A DNA stretch of 64,000 nucleotides. Origin: Flavobacteriales bacterium (GTDB taxonomy: Bacteria; Bacteroidota; Bacteroidia; Flavobacteriales_F; PHOS-HE28). Where the stretch lies: positions 3,510,235 through 3,574,234 of the forward strand of contig CP129489.1 in assembly GCA_030584065.1 (NCBI GenBank). Direction: 5' to 3'. The number at the start of each line of letters is the position of its first letter. Position 1 is the stretch's first letter. A program made the position numbers and the translations under genes. The notes under the pieces were generated by a model that had not been told where the DNA came from, did no database searches, and saw only the letters and a list, made by a program, of their open reading frames with translations. Shown piece after piece: positions 28,124-38,107 of this stretch.

Positions 28124-30931
28124 TCAGAACCGCACGCCCAGGCCCAAGGAGAGGTAGGCCCCGCGGCGGAAGCTCATGATCTCCTCGTCGCGTGCGTCGA
28201 TGCCCCCGCTTTCGTTGCTGTCCTGGATGAGCAGCACGCGCTGGTTCAGGATGTCCTGTGCGCTCAGCTTGAGCTCGAAGCGCTTGCCCAGGCCCTTGGT
28301 CAGGGTCATGTCCACCACGTTGCGCGGCATCTCATAGATATCCGGCGTGCCGAAGGTGCCCACGGCGAAGAGCCGGGGTCCGATGACGTTGTAGAGGATG
28401 TTGTACTGGAGCCGGCGCTCGGTGTCCTGGTAGTAGAGGCCGGCATTCACGATATAGGGGCTCTGGCCCATGAGCGGGCGGCGCTGCGCCTGGCCCCGTG
28501 CGCCCTCGCCCAGCTCGACCTCGGTGACGATGTAGGCAGCGTTCAGCATGACGCCCACCTTGCTCAGGTAGCCCTCGGGGAAGAGGCCGCTGAGCTGGCG
28601 CCGCACTTCCAATTCGGCGCCCACGCTGGTGGCGCGCTGTGCGTTGCCGAATGTGAAGTTGCGCGTGCCGCCGCTGCCGGCGCCCGGGAGGAAGAACATC
28701 TCGATGGGGTCGGTGAAGCGCTTGTAGAACACGCCGATGCTCACCACCTCGGCGGGGCTGGGGTAAAGCTCGTAGCGCAGGTCGGCGTTCTGCACCTTGG
28801 CGATCCGCAGGCTGTCGTTGCCCACGAGCACGTTGTTGAAGCTGAAGTCGTAGAAGGCGAAGGGCGCCAGCTCGCGGAATTCGGGGCGGTTCACCGTGGC
28901 GGACCACGCGGCACGAAGCTGTGAGCGCTCGCCCAGCGCGTGCGAGGCGTTCACGGAGGGTAGGATGCTGAGGATGGGGTTGTCCACGCGGACGCGCCGC
29001 CCGCCGAAGGTGGCGCTGTTCAGCCGTTGCGTGTTATGCTCAGCGCGCACGCCGGCAGTGACGGTGGTGGTGGTGGCCAGGTTCAGCGTGGCGCCTGCAT
29101 AGCCTGCCAGCAGGGCATTGGAAGCCGTATAGCGGTCGCTGGGGTTGGTGCCCTCCTCGAGCTTGAAACCTGTGGTGCCGTTGATGTTCGCTGCGGCGAA
29201 TACCTGGTCCAGCGGCAGGTAGAGGAGGGACTGGTCCAGCTGGCTGCTGCTCGCGGCGCGAAAGCTCATCCAGCGGGCGCTGAAGGTGCGGTCCTTCTGC
29301 TCGATGAAGATGCCGGTGCGGAGCTTCAGGGTGCGCGACTCCCCGGCGATGCGGTGCTCGTAGTCGGCCTTGCCGGTCATCACGGTCTCGTCAAGGTCGG
29401 CGAAGAACCGGCCGGCGTCGAGCGTGGTGGCGCCCGGCGGGATGATGGTCTGGAAGGGGGCGTTGGCATCGGTGCCGTTGATGTCGCGCACGGTGCGGAT
29501 GCGGCGGAAGTCGGGTTCCCTGCTCAGGGCAAGGCCGTAGCCGGCGGTCCAGGTGAGGGTGCCGGCGTCAGCGCCGAAGGAGTGCTCGCCATGCAACTGG
29601 CCGCTGTAGATGGTGCGCTGCTGGTAGCGGAAGGCGTAGTTGCGCACCTCGAACTGCTCCTCGAAGTTGAGGCCTGTGCGCAAGGTGGTCTGGTCGGTGC
29701 CCTGCTGGGTGAAGAGGTTGCGGAACTCGAGCTTGTGCCGGGAGCCCAGCAGCAGGCTGAAGTTGCTGAGGGCGCTCAGGCGCACCTGGTGGATGTTCTC
29801 GTTATCGCTGTAGTTGTAGATGCTGTCGCTCCGTTGGCTCACGGGGTCGAATACGTTGTAGTTGTAGTTCTTCGCCGTGTAGGCCAGCCGGGTGTTGCTG
29901 TAGCTGATGCTGGTGATGTTGCCCCCGGTCACGCGGCCCTCTCCACCGAACCGGCGCGCAAGGGTGATGCCGAGGCGCTGGTCGGGCAGGGCGGTGGAGC
30001 GATCGGCCGTCCAATTATTGGCGAGGCTCCGGCCGGCGGCCTGCAGCCGCTCAGGCGTCGTGCTGTAGAGGTTGCCCGGGAAGCTCACGGGCAGCTGCCG
30101 GAGCCCATCGTCGAACCCGAGGGCATCCGTGCTGCTCTGCTGGCTCTGGCTGAAGCCCTCGAATGTGGTGCCGAGGCGGTATGAGGCGCCGTAGTCCACG
30201 CGTACCTGGTTCTCGGCGGGCACGTTCACCGTGTAGAGCTTGATGACGCCGCCGGCGAATTCGCCTGGAAGCTCCGGCGCCCCGGTCTTGTACACCATCA
30301 CGCGGTCGAGCGCCCCGCTGGGCAGCACATCGAAGCTGAAGGCGCGCCGGTCGCTCTCCAGGCTGGGGGCGATCACATCGTTCAGGACCACGGTGTTGTA
30401 CCGGTCCGCAAGGCCACGGATCATCACGAAGCGGTCGCCCACCATGGTGACGCCCGGAATCCGCCGCACCACATCGCCCGCGGTGCGGTCCTGGCCTTTG
30501 CTGATCTGCTCGCGGCCCACGCCGTTCACCACCTGCTCGCTCCGGCGGGTCTCCATCACCACGGCCGCCTCGGTCTCCGTGCGCTTGGTGGTCACCACTT
30601 CAACGGTCTCGATGGCGATGGACTGCGCCTTCATCTCCAAATCGGCACGCGTGGTGCTCCCCGCGGTCACGTTGATGATGCGCTCCACGGGCTCGTAGCC
30701 GACGAAGCTGACCTGCAGGGTGTAAGTCCCGGGCTCCGCCTGAAGGCTGAATCGGCCATCGAGGTCCGTGGTGGCGCCGGTGGTGGTGCCTTTCAGCAGC
30801 ACATTCACGAAGGGCATGGGCTGGGCCTTGCCGCCCTCAAGTGCGGTGATGGTGCCGCTGACCGTGCCCTTCTGGGCAGCGGCTGTCAGGGCAAGGATGA
30901 GCGCAAGGAATGAAAGCAGGTTACGGTACAT
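28124..30931 (-). CDS. TonB-dependent outer-membrane receptor (CarboxypepD_reg-like N-domain, plug, 22-strand barrel)
   Basis: The internal ATG gives MYRNLLSFLALILALTAAAQ. It has GTVSGTIT...DLDGRFSL, a plug motif and the C-terminal motif ...LGLGVRF. Confidence 0.85.
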   Translation of the reverse strand: MYRNLLSFLALILALTAAAQKGTVSGTITALEGGKAQPMPFVNVLLKGTTTGATTDLDGRFSLQAEPGTYTLQVSFVGYEPVERIINVTAGSTTRADLEMKAQSIAIETVEVVTTKRTETEAAVVMETRRSEQVVNGVGREQISKGQDRTAGDVVRRIPGVTMVGDRFVMIRGLADRYNTVVLNDVIAPSLESDRRAFSFDVLPSGALDRVMVYKTGAPELPGEFAGGVIKLYTVNVPAENQVRVDYGASYRLGTTFEGFSQSQQSSTDALGFDDGLRQLPVSFPGNLYSTTPERLQAAGRSLANNWTADRSTALPDQRLGITLARRFGGEGRVTGGNITSISYSNTRLAYTAKNYNYNVFDPVSQRSDSIYNYSDNENIHQVRLSALSNFSLLLGSRHKLEFRNLFTQQGTDQTTLRTGLNFEEQFEVRNYAFRYQQRTIYSGQLHGEHSFGADAGTLTWTAGYGLALSREPDFRRIRTVRDINGTDANAPFQTIIPPGATTLDAGRFFADLDETVMTGKADYEHRIAGESRTLKLRTGIFIEQKDRTFSARWMSFRAASSSQLDQSLLYLPLDQVFAAANINGTTGFKLEEGTNPSDRYTASNALLAGYAGATLNLATTTTVTAGVRAEHNTQRLNSATFGGRRVRVDNPILSILPSVNASHALGERSQLRAAWSATVNRPEFRELAPFAFYDFSFNNVLVGNDSLRIAKVQNADLRYELYPSPAEVVSIGVFYKRFTDPIEMFFLPGAGSGGTRNFTFGNAQRATSVGAELEVRRQLSGLFPEGYLSKVGVMLNAAYIVTEVELGEGARGQAQRRPLMGQSPYIVNAGLYYQDTERRLQYNILYNVIGPRLFAVGTFGTPDIYEMPRNVVDMTLTKGLGKRFELKLSAQDILNQRVLLIQDSNESGGIDARDEEIMSFRRGAYLSLGLGVRF

Positions 30932-31018
30932 CGCATAAGCGAACGATGTGGTCATCATTCGCGCCGCAAAGGTCCCGTCCCACTGTTAGGCCGCCCTTCC
31001 GTCGGGGTTAACGATCCG

Positions 31019-31810
31019 TTAGGCGTTCGCCCCCTCGCTTAACGCGCCGTTAACACGGCCTTCGAGGAACCACCACTTCGGCGTGTCCTTGCGCTTGCGG
31101 GCCTTGCGCCACATGTCCACGAGGCTGTCCTGCAGCAGCACCGTGGCCTCCTCCACGCTGTCGGCCACGAACACGAATTCGAGCTCCTTGCGGCCCAAGG
31201 TGCCTTCGGCCACCATCCGGTCGATCTGGTCCAGCATGGGCTTCCAATAATCGCGGCCATAGAGCAGGATGGGAAAGTCCCTCACCTTGCCGGTCTGGAT
31301 CAGGGTGACGGTCTCGAAGAGCTCGTCCACCGTTCCGGCGCCTCCGGGCATCACCACGAAGGCCACGCTGTACTTCACCAGCAGCACCTTGCGTACGAAG
31401 AAGCGCTCGAAGGTGAGGCTGACGTCGAGGTAGGGATTGGGCTTCTGCTCGTGCGGCAGCACGATGTTGCAGCCGATGCTGCGGGCGCCCACGTCACGCG
31501 CCCCCCGGTTGGCGGCTTCCATGATGCCGGGTCCGCCGCCGGTCATGATGGTGAAGCCCACGCGGCCCACGCGCCGCGCCAGGTCGCGCGCAGCCCCGTA
31601 GTAGGGATGGTCCTCGCCGAAGCGGGCGCTGCCGAAGAAGGTGACGCATGGGCCCACGAAGTGGAGCTTGCGGAAGCCGTAGATGAACTCCCGCGCGATG
31701 GCGACGACCGACTTGAATTCGGACCAGCGCGAGCGCGGACCCTCCAGGAAGCGGAGATCGATGCCGCCGCGCTTGGAGGCCTCCGGGGTGTCGTTGAGGG
31801 TGTCTGGCAT
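31019..31810 (-). CDS. LOG-family cytokinin riboside 5'-monophosphate phosphoribohydrolase-like (TIGR00730) protein
   Basis: The internal ATG gives MPDTLNDTPE. It has the GGGPGIMEAANRGA and PGGAGTVDELFE motifs. Confidence 0.8.
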   Translation of the reverse strand: MPDTLNDTPEASKRGGIDLRFLEGPRSRWSEFKSVVAIAREFIYGFRKLHFVGPCVTFFGSARFGEDHPYYGAARDLARRVGRVGFTIMTGGGPGIMEAANRGARDVGARSIGCNIVLPHEQKPNPYLDVSLTFERFFVRKVLLVKYSVAFVVMPGGAGTVDELFETVTLIQTGKVRDFPILLYGRDYWKPMLDQIDRMVAEGTLGRKELEFVFVADSVEEATVLLQDSLVDMWRKARKRKDTPKWWFLEGRVNGALSEGANA

Positions 31811-31866
31811 GGTGCGCGAAGCTAGAGGAGGGAACAGGGAGCCCTTTCGGATTGTTCCTTCGGGGC

Positions 31867-33084
31867 ATGGTTCACCGCTCCTTGAAGCTCGTTGCGGCGC
31901 TGGCCCTCCCGGTCGCCGCGGCGGCGCAGCCGCAGCCCGATAACCCTTCGTTCGAGGCATGGGATAATGCGGGCCAGGCCACCCAGGAGCCGCAGCAATG
32001 GAGCTCCATCAAGACCAGCGACGGCGGCGCGTTCATCAACGGCCTGGTGCCGCAGCTCTGCTGGCGGAGTACCGATGCCCGCACCGGTCAGTACAGCGTG
32101 AACCTGCGCATCGTGAATTCGATCATCGGCGCGGCCAACGGGCTGCTCACCAACGGTCGCGTGCATGCCGAGCTGGAAGTCGCCAACAGCTACATGTACA
32201 CGGTGCAGGATCAGGAGCAGTGGCGCACGGCGCTCATCAGCCGTCCGGACAGCCTCGTGGGCTGGTTCAAGGCCACGCCACAGTCAGGCGACCGGGCCAA
32301 TGTGGGCGCCTTGCTGCATGTGGATGATGGCCGCCTGCCCGCCTTCGGCACCGAAGGCAACTATGTGGCCGGCGCCTCGTGGAAGGCGCCCTATGGCAAT
32401 GTGGGCCAATGGACGCGCTTCTCCGCGCCCTTCCAGTACCACAATGATTGGCATCCGGAGTGGCTCCTCTTCATCCTTACTGCCGGCGACAGCGCCGGCA
32501 GCCAGGTGGGCACGCAGGTATGGTACGATGACCTCGCGCTCATCTACAATGTGCAGTGCGCGACCAGCGGGCAGAGCGTCTTGCCAGGCCAGTCATTCAT
32601 CGTGGACTACAGCACGTCCGGTGCCCCTACAGGCACGGTCACCTTCAGCGTGGAGCTATCCGATGAGAATGGCGCTTTCACCGCGCCTGTCGTCATCGGC
32701 GCGGTTGCGTCCACCAGCGCGTCGGGCATGATCACATGCATCTTGCCGGAGCAGACCGAAGCGGGCACTGGTTATCGCATCCGCGTGGTGGGCAGCTCGC
32801 CCTTCTATGCGCCAGTCGGCTGTGACCTGTTCGTTGAGATGGGCACCGGCATTGACGTGGAGCGCAGGGCTGCGCCACTGATCACAACACGGAGTGGCGT
32901 GCTGGTGATCACGGCAGAGGGAGGTGGCGCGTACGAGTGCTTCAGCGCGGATGGTCGCTTGCTGAAGAGCGGTGGTCTGCGCGAGGGCATGAACCTCATC
33001 GCCATGGACGGCATCCATGGCGTGGTCGTGGTTCGCCTCCGAGATGGGCAGGGCACGTTCAATCAGCGGGTCTGGCTGGAGTGA
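31867..33084 (+). CDS. Secreted protein with T9SS type-A (Por_Secre_tail) C-terminal sorting domain
   Basis: The internal ATG gives the signal peptide MVHRSLKLVAALALPVAAAAQ. C-terminal motif ...LVITAEGGGAYECFSADGRLLKSGGLREGMNLIAMDGIHGVVVVRL. Confidence 0.7.
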   Translation: MVHRSLKLVAALALPVAAAAQPQPDNPSFEAWDNAGQATQEPQQWSSIKTSDGGAFINGLVPQLCWRSTDARTGQYSVNLRIVNSIIGAANGLLTNGRVHAELEVANSYMYTVQDQEQWRTALISRPDSLVGWFKATPQSGDRANVGALLHVDDGRLPAFGTEGNYVAGASWKAPYGNVGQWTRFSAPFQYHNDWHPEWLLFILTAGDSAGSQVGTQVWYDDLALIYNVQCATSGQSVLPGQSFIVDYSTSGAPTGTVTFSVELSDENGAFTAPVVIGAVASTSASGMITCILPEQTEAGTGYRIRVVGSSPFYAPVGCDLFVEMGTGIDVERRAAPLITTRSGVLVITAEGGGAYECFSADGRLLKSGGLREGMNLIAMDGIHGVVVVRLRDGQGTFNQRVWLE

Positions 33085-33097
33085 CGGAAGGCCGGGT

Positions 33098-34060
33098 TCA
33101 GGCCACCGTCACCACCACGTTCCCCACTTTCCGGCCGCTCTCCGCCCGTGCATGGGCCTCCTGGATGCGTGCCAGCGGGAAAGTGCTGTCGATGACCGGG
33201 CGGATCTGTTGCTGTTCCCAGAGCGCTGCGAAGTGGCGCATGTCCTCCGCGGATTCACCTGCTGTGCCCGAGATCACGGTGACTTTCCGGCCGTCCTTGC
33301 CGCTGAATGCGCGTTTCAGCATGTCGGCAGGTAGGTCGGAGCCCAGCACCAGCTTGCCGCCGGACCGTACCAGCTCCAGACATTGCTTGAACGGCAGCTT
33401 GCCCACCGTTTCGAAGACCACATCGTAGTGGTCGCGGTGGGCGAGGAGGTCATCCTTGGTGTAGTCCAGTACTTCCGTGGCACCGAGCGAGCGCACCAGT
33501 TCCACATTGCGCGTGCTGCACACGCCGGTCACTTCCGCGCCGAGCTGCTTCACCAACTGGACGGCAGCGCTGCCCACCGCGCCGGAAGCACCGTATATGA
33601 GCACCCGTTGGCCCTTGCTCACGTTCGCCTTGGTCAAGAAGTGCCGTGCGGTGCCGAAGCCGAAGGGGATGGCGGCGGCATCGGAAAAGGACATGGCATC
33701 CGGCATGCGGGCGAAGGCGCCGTTCTCCTTCAGCGCGATGTATTCCGCGTGGCCGCCCAGCCCCATGATGCTCGTCCAGCCGAAGAGCCGGTCGCCCTTC
33801 TTGTAGGTGGTCACGTCCGCGCCGGTCTCCACCACTTCCCCGGCGAACACCACGCCCAGGATCGGCTTGCGCGGCTTGGTCAGCCCGAAGACCAACCGCA
33901 CGAACCAGGGGTTCGCCCTGCGCAGCCGCCAGTCCGCGGCGTTCACCGCCGAGGCGTGGATTCGGATGAGCACTTCGTTCTGCTTCGGCGAAGGCGTGGG
34001 CACTTCGGCGATGCGGATCACATCGGGGCTTCCATAGGCGGTGGCGAAGGCGGCTTTCAT
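33098..34060 (-). CDS. NAD(P)-dependent zinc-type alcohol dehydrogenase / quinone oxidoreductase (MDR superfamily)
   Basis: The internal ATG gives MKAAFATAYGSPDV. Rossmann motif LIYGASGAVGSAAVQL. Confidence 0.8.
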   Translation of the reverse strand: MKAAFATAYGSPDVIRIAEVPTPSPKQNEVLIRIHASAVNAADWRLRRANPWFVRLVFGLTKPRKPILGVVFAGEVVETGADVTTYKKGDRLFGWTSIMGLGGHAEYIALKENGAFARMPDAMSFSDAAAIPFGFGTARHFLTKANVSKGQRVLIYGASGAVGSAAVQLVKQLGAEVTGVCSTRNVELVRSLGATEVLDYTKDDLLAHRDHYDVVFETVGKLPFKQCLELVRSGGKLVLGSDLPADMLKRAFSGKDGRKVTVISGTAGESAEDMRHFAALWEQQQIRPVIDSTFPLARIQEAHARAESGRKVGNVVVTVA

Positions 34061-34170
34061 AGTATTAGGCGCCGAAGCATAGGCGAGGGCGGATGGCAAA
34101 GGTCCAGCAGCCCAGCCTTGGTCCATCCCCGCTCATGGATCGGTGAGCTCGTCCATCCCAGGCGGAAAGC

Positions 34171-37100
34171 TCAAGCAGGCACCTGGGTGCCCACTACGAT
34201 CTCCATCGCCTCCTTCGCGGCGTGCACGTTCTTTACATCCTGCACGCTGATCCGCAAGGTCCCCGCCTTCTCGTAAACCTTGAAGCGACGGGGCTGGGCC
34301 TGCACCGCCCGCAGCACCGCGTTGAAGCCATCGCCCTCGAAGAAGGGGTGTTTCTGGTCGGCGATGAAGGTGCCAATGAGCGTGCCCTTCTTCAGCACCA
34401 TCTTCTCCAGGCCCATGCGTTGGCCCAGCCAGCGCAAACGGATGCCTTCGAGCAACTCGTTCACCAGCGGCGGGATGGGGCCGAAGCGGTCGGTGATCTC
34501 GGCGGTGAACATCTGCAGCTCGGCTTCGTCCTTGATGTCGTCGAGGCGGCGGTAGAGCGCGAGGCGTTCTGCGGTCTCGCTCACGTAGCTGTTGGGGATC
34601 AGCATGGTGAGGTCGGTCTCGATGATGCAGTCGTCGCTCTGGTCGCGGCGTGATCCGCGGGCGAGGGCATGGCTGCCCTCCTGCGCATCGGCGAAGAGTT
34701 CCTTGAAGTGCTCGTCCTTCAGTTCGCGCACGGCTTCTTCGAGGATCTTGTGGTAGGTCTCGAAGCCGATGTCGTTTATGAAACCGCTCTGCTCCGCGCC
34801 GAGCAGGTCGCCTGCGCCGCGGATGTCGAGGTCCTTCATGGCGATGTGGATGCCGCTGCCCAGGTCGCTGAACTGCTCGATGGCCTGCAGGCGCTTGCGG
34901 CTCAGGTCGGGCAGCAGGTGCGGGCTCGGCGCGAGCAGGTAGCAGTAGGCCTTCTTGTTGCTGCGGCCCACGCGACCGCGCAGCTGGTGCAGGTCGCTGA
35001 GGCCGAAGTTCTGCGCTTCGTTGACGATGATCGTGTTCGCGTTCGGGATGTCGAGGCCGTTCTCCACGATGGTGGTGCACACGAGCACGTCGGTGTTGCC
35101 CTCGATGAAGTCGAGCATCACCTCCTCCAGTTTGTGGCCTTCGAGCTGACCGTGGCCCACGCCCACGCGGCAGCCCGGCACCAGCTTGCGGATCATGTCG
35201 GCGATGTGCTCGATGTTCTTCACCTTGTCGTGCAGGAAGTACACCTGGCCGCCGCGACTGAGCTCGTACTCGATCGCACCACGGATGGTCACCTCGTCGT
35301 ACGGTTGCAGCATGGTGCTCACCGGGTAGCGGTTGGGCGGCGGCGTGCTGATGATGCTGAGGTCGCGCGCGCCCATGAGGCTGAACTGCAGCGTGCGCGG
35401 GATGGGCGTGGCGGTGAGGGTGAGCGTATCCACGTTGGCGCGGATGGTCTTCAGCTTGTCCTTCACGTTCACACCGAACTTCTGCTCCTCGTCGATGATC
35501 ATCAGGCCGAGGTCCTTCCACACCACGTCCTTGCTCACCAGCCGGTGCGTGCCGATGAGGATGTCGATCTTCCCTTCCTTGAGGTCCTTGAGGATCTGTG
35601 TCTGTTGCGCGCTGGTGCGGAAGCGGTTGATGTAGTCCACACGCACGGGCAGGCCCTTCATGCGATTGGAGAAGCTTTTCCAGTGCTGCAGCGCGAGGAT
35701 CGTCGTGGGCACGAGCACGGCCACCTGCTTGCCGTCGCACGCCGCCTTGAACGCCGCGCGGATGGCCACCTCCGTCTTGCCGAAGCCCACGTCGCCGCAG
35801 ACCAGCCGGTCCATCGGCGTGGCCTTCTCCATGTCGCGTTTCACGTCCTGCGTGGCCTTCAGCTGGTCGGGCGTGTCCTCGTAGATGAAGCTCGCCTCCA
35901 GTTCGTGCTGCAGGTAGTTGTCCGGCTGGTACGCGAAGCCCGGTTTGCTCTTGCGCTGCGCGTAGAGCTTGATCAGATCGAAGGCGAGGGCCTTCACCTT
36001 GGCCTTGGTCTTCTCCTTCAGGTTCTTCCACGCGGGCGTGCCGAGCTTGCTGATGTTCGGCGCCTTGCCGCCCTCCTCGCCGCTGTACTTGCTCACGCGG
36101 TGCAGGCTGTGGATGCCCACGTAGAGGATGTCGTTGTCGCGGTACTTCAGGCGGATGGCCTCCTGCTTGCTGCCGCCCGCGTCGATGGTCTCCAGGCCGC
36201 TGAACACGCCGATGCCGTGGTCGATGTGCACCACCAGGTCGCCGGGTTTCAGTTGCGTGAGCTCCTTGAGCGTGAGGGCTTGCGCGTTCTTGCGGAAGCC
36301 TTCCTTCAGCCGGAAGCGGTGGTAGCGCTCGAAGATCTGGTGGTCGGTGTAGAGCGCCAGCTTCAGCTCGGGGTCGATGAAGCCCTCGTGCAGGTCGAGC
36401 ACCAGTGGCGTGAAGGCCACCTCGTGCTCCATGTCGTTGAAGATGGCGTAGAGGCGTTCGCTCTGCTTGGCGCTGTTGCAGGCGATGAGGTTGGTGTAGC
36501 CCGCGTTCTGCTTGTTGTGCAGGTCACCGGAGAGGACTTTGAACTCCTTGGCGAAGGTGGGTTGGGGGCGTTGTTGGAAGTCGATGAGCTCGGCCCCGGG
36601 CTGCGAGTTCATGGCCACGGGCTGTGGGCCACGGGCCTCGGGCTCGACCGTGCTTGAGCCCGAGGCCCGCAGCCCATGGCCCGCAGCCCAGAAAACCTTC
36701 CTGAACCCCAGCGTCCCCTTGATCAGCTCCGTGTCGGTGGCGAGCAGTTCGTTGGGGGTGGGGTGCTTGTCCTTGTCAGGCAGGCGCTCGTAGGCCTCGG
36801 AGAGGAGCTTCAGCTGCTTCTTGGCCGCATCGCCGATGGCCTGGAGGTCGCGTAGCCAGAGCACGGTGTCCTCGGGCAATTGGGCGAAGAAGGTCTGCTG
36901 GCGCGCGGCATCCTCGTCCTGCAGGTCGGGTACGATCACGGCCTCGGCCAGGCGCTCCACGGTAAGCTGGTCCTGCGGGTCGAAGCGGCGCACGCTCTCC
37001 ACGGTGTCGCCATAGAGCTCGATGCGGTAGGGCTTGTCGCTGCCGTAGCTGAACACGTCCACGATGCCGCCGCGGATGCTGTACTGCCCCGGCTCGTACA

Positions 37101-37719
37101 CGAACTCCACGCGGGCGAAGCCGGTCTCCTCTAGCCATTCCTGGAGCGTGTCGATGGGCAACTCCTCATTGCGCTTGACGGTGAGCGTGTTCTTCGCCAT
37201 CTCCTCCTTGCCGATCACGAGGGGGATGAGGGCATCGGGGTAGGTGACGATGATGAGTTTGTTGGTGAATGGTGAATGGGAGTTGGTGAATGGGGAATGC
37301 GCATCCGCGCCATTCGCCATTCGCCATTCACTATTCACCTTCATCAATGCCTCGAGCACCTCCGTGCGAGTCACCCGCTCGCCGTCATGGTGTCCTTCGG
37401 GATCGTAGGCCGAGCGTGAGGGTGCGGGGTAGAAGAACAGGTCCTCCTCCTTCTTCGCATGGCGCCCGTCCTTGTCCTTCCCGCGCAGCGCTTCGAGGTC
37501 ATTGAGGAAGTACGCAGCCTCCTCGCGGTCGGTGAGCACGAACACATGCACGCCGCCGCGCTGTTCGATCACGGCGTTGGCGATGAAGGCTTGCGACGAA
37601 CCGATGGTGCCGGCGATCTGCACGCGGGCGGCCTTCTCGCGCAGGGCATCGGCCACGCGAGCGACGCGGGCGTCTGAGCGGTAGAGGGAGAGGAGGTCGG
37701 GGAGGGAGGTGATGGACAT
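34171..37719 (-). CDS. mfd: Transcription-repair coupling factor
   Basis: The internal ATG gives MSITSLPDLL. UvrB-like N-domains, a TRG/TRCF region, helicase motif I GDVGFGKTEV and a C-terminal D7 domain; 1183 aa. Confidence 0.9.
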   Translation of the reverse strand: MSITSLPDLLSLYRSDARVARVADALREKAARVQIAGTIGSSQAFIANAVIEQRGGVHVFVLTDREEAAYFLNDLEALRGKDKDGRHAKKEEDLFFYPAPSRSAYDPEGHHDGERVTRTEVLEALMKVNSEWRMANGADAHSPFTNSHSPFTNKLIIVTYPDALIPLVIGKEEMAKNTLTVKRNEELPIDTLQEWLEETGFARVEFVYEPGQYSIRGGIVDVFSYGSDKPYRIELYGDTVESVRRFDPQDQLTVERLAEAVIVPDLQDEDAARQQTFFAQLPEDTVLWLRDLQAIGDAAKKQLKLLSEAYERLPDKDKHPTPNELLATDTELIKGTLGFRKVFWAAGHGLRASGSSTVEPEARGPQPVAMNSQPGAELIDFQQRPQPTFAKEFKVLSGDLHNKQNAGYTNLIACNSAKQSERLYAIFNDMEHEVAFTPLVLDLHEGFIDPELKLALYTDHQIFERYHRFRLKEGFRKNAQALTLKELTQLKPGDLVVHIDHGIGVFSGLETIDAGGSKQEAIRLKYRDNDILYVGIHSLHRVSKYSGEEGGKAPNISKLGTPAWKNLKEKTKAKVKALAFDLIKLYAQRKSKPGFAYQPDNYLQHELEASFIYEDTPDQLKATQDVKRDMEKATPMDRLVCGDVGFGKTEVAIRAAFKAACDGKQVAVLVPTTILALQHWKSFSNRMKGLPVRVDYINRFRTSAQQTQILKDLKEGKIDILIGTHRLVSKDVVWKDLGLMIIDEEQKFGVNVKDKLKTIRANVDTLTLTATPIPRTLQFSLMGARDLSIISTPPPNRYPVSTMLQPYDEVTIRGAIEYELSRGGQVYFLHDKVKNIEHIADMIRKLVPGCRVGVGHGQLEGHKLEEVMLDFIEGNTDVLVCTTIVENGLDIPNANTIIVNEAQNFGLSDLHQLRGRVGRSNKKAYCYLLAPSPHLLPDLSRKRLQAIEQFSDLGSGIHIAMKDLDIRGAGDLLGAEQSGFINDIGFETYHKILEEAVRELKDEHFKELFADAQEGSHALARGSRRDQSDDCIIETDLTMLIPNSYVSETAERLALYRRLDDIKDEAELQMFTAEITDRFGPIPPLVNELLEGIRLRWLGQRMGLEKMVLKKGTLIGTFIADQKHPFFEGDGFNAVLRAVQAQPRRFKVYEKAGTLRISVQDVKNVHAAKEAMEIVVGTQVPA
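37264..37339. repeat. Imperfect inverted repeat built from GAATGG heptamer-like units, inserted in-frame in mfd
   Basis: GGTGAATGGTGAATGGGAGTTGGTGAATGGGGAATGC gc ATCCGCGCCATTCGCCATTCGCCATTCACTATTCACC. It encodes ...EWRMANGADAHSPFTNSHSPFTNK... in the mfd reading frame. Confidence 0.6.
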
Positions 37720-38107
37720 GAACGGTGAAAAGCCCGAAACCCGGTGCCGCATGGTGCGGGCATCGGGTCCGGGAAGGTCGCAAAGTTAGGGCTGGTCCTG
37801 GGGGATGGCCGCCTTGGCGCCTTCTCCGGTCCATGCACCATTCCTTCCAGTTCATGTCATTTCACCATGGATAATGAAGGCGACCGGTGTCCCTTTGGCC
37901 CAGGAACCAACGGCCATGAACACTTCCCTCCATCACGCACGCTGCACCTCGCTGCAAATGCGGCAAGGCCAAGTCGCCCCCGCCCCGCATCTCCGGGTCA
38001 CCCACAGCGATGTGAGGACCGGGATCGCCGAGCCGGCCAGGCCCGCCTGCATGGGCGTGGTCGCGGCCACCCGCATGGAGGGGCATGGAACAAGCGCCCC
38101 CGTCGTC

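Noticed and set aside
34133-36031. 632-aa Arg/Pro/Gly-rich ORF on the same strand as mfd in another frame
   Set aside because: Its composition, about 25% Arg, is typical of an off-frame translation of GC-rich coding DNA. It is fully contained within mfd.
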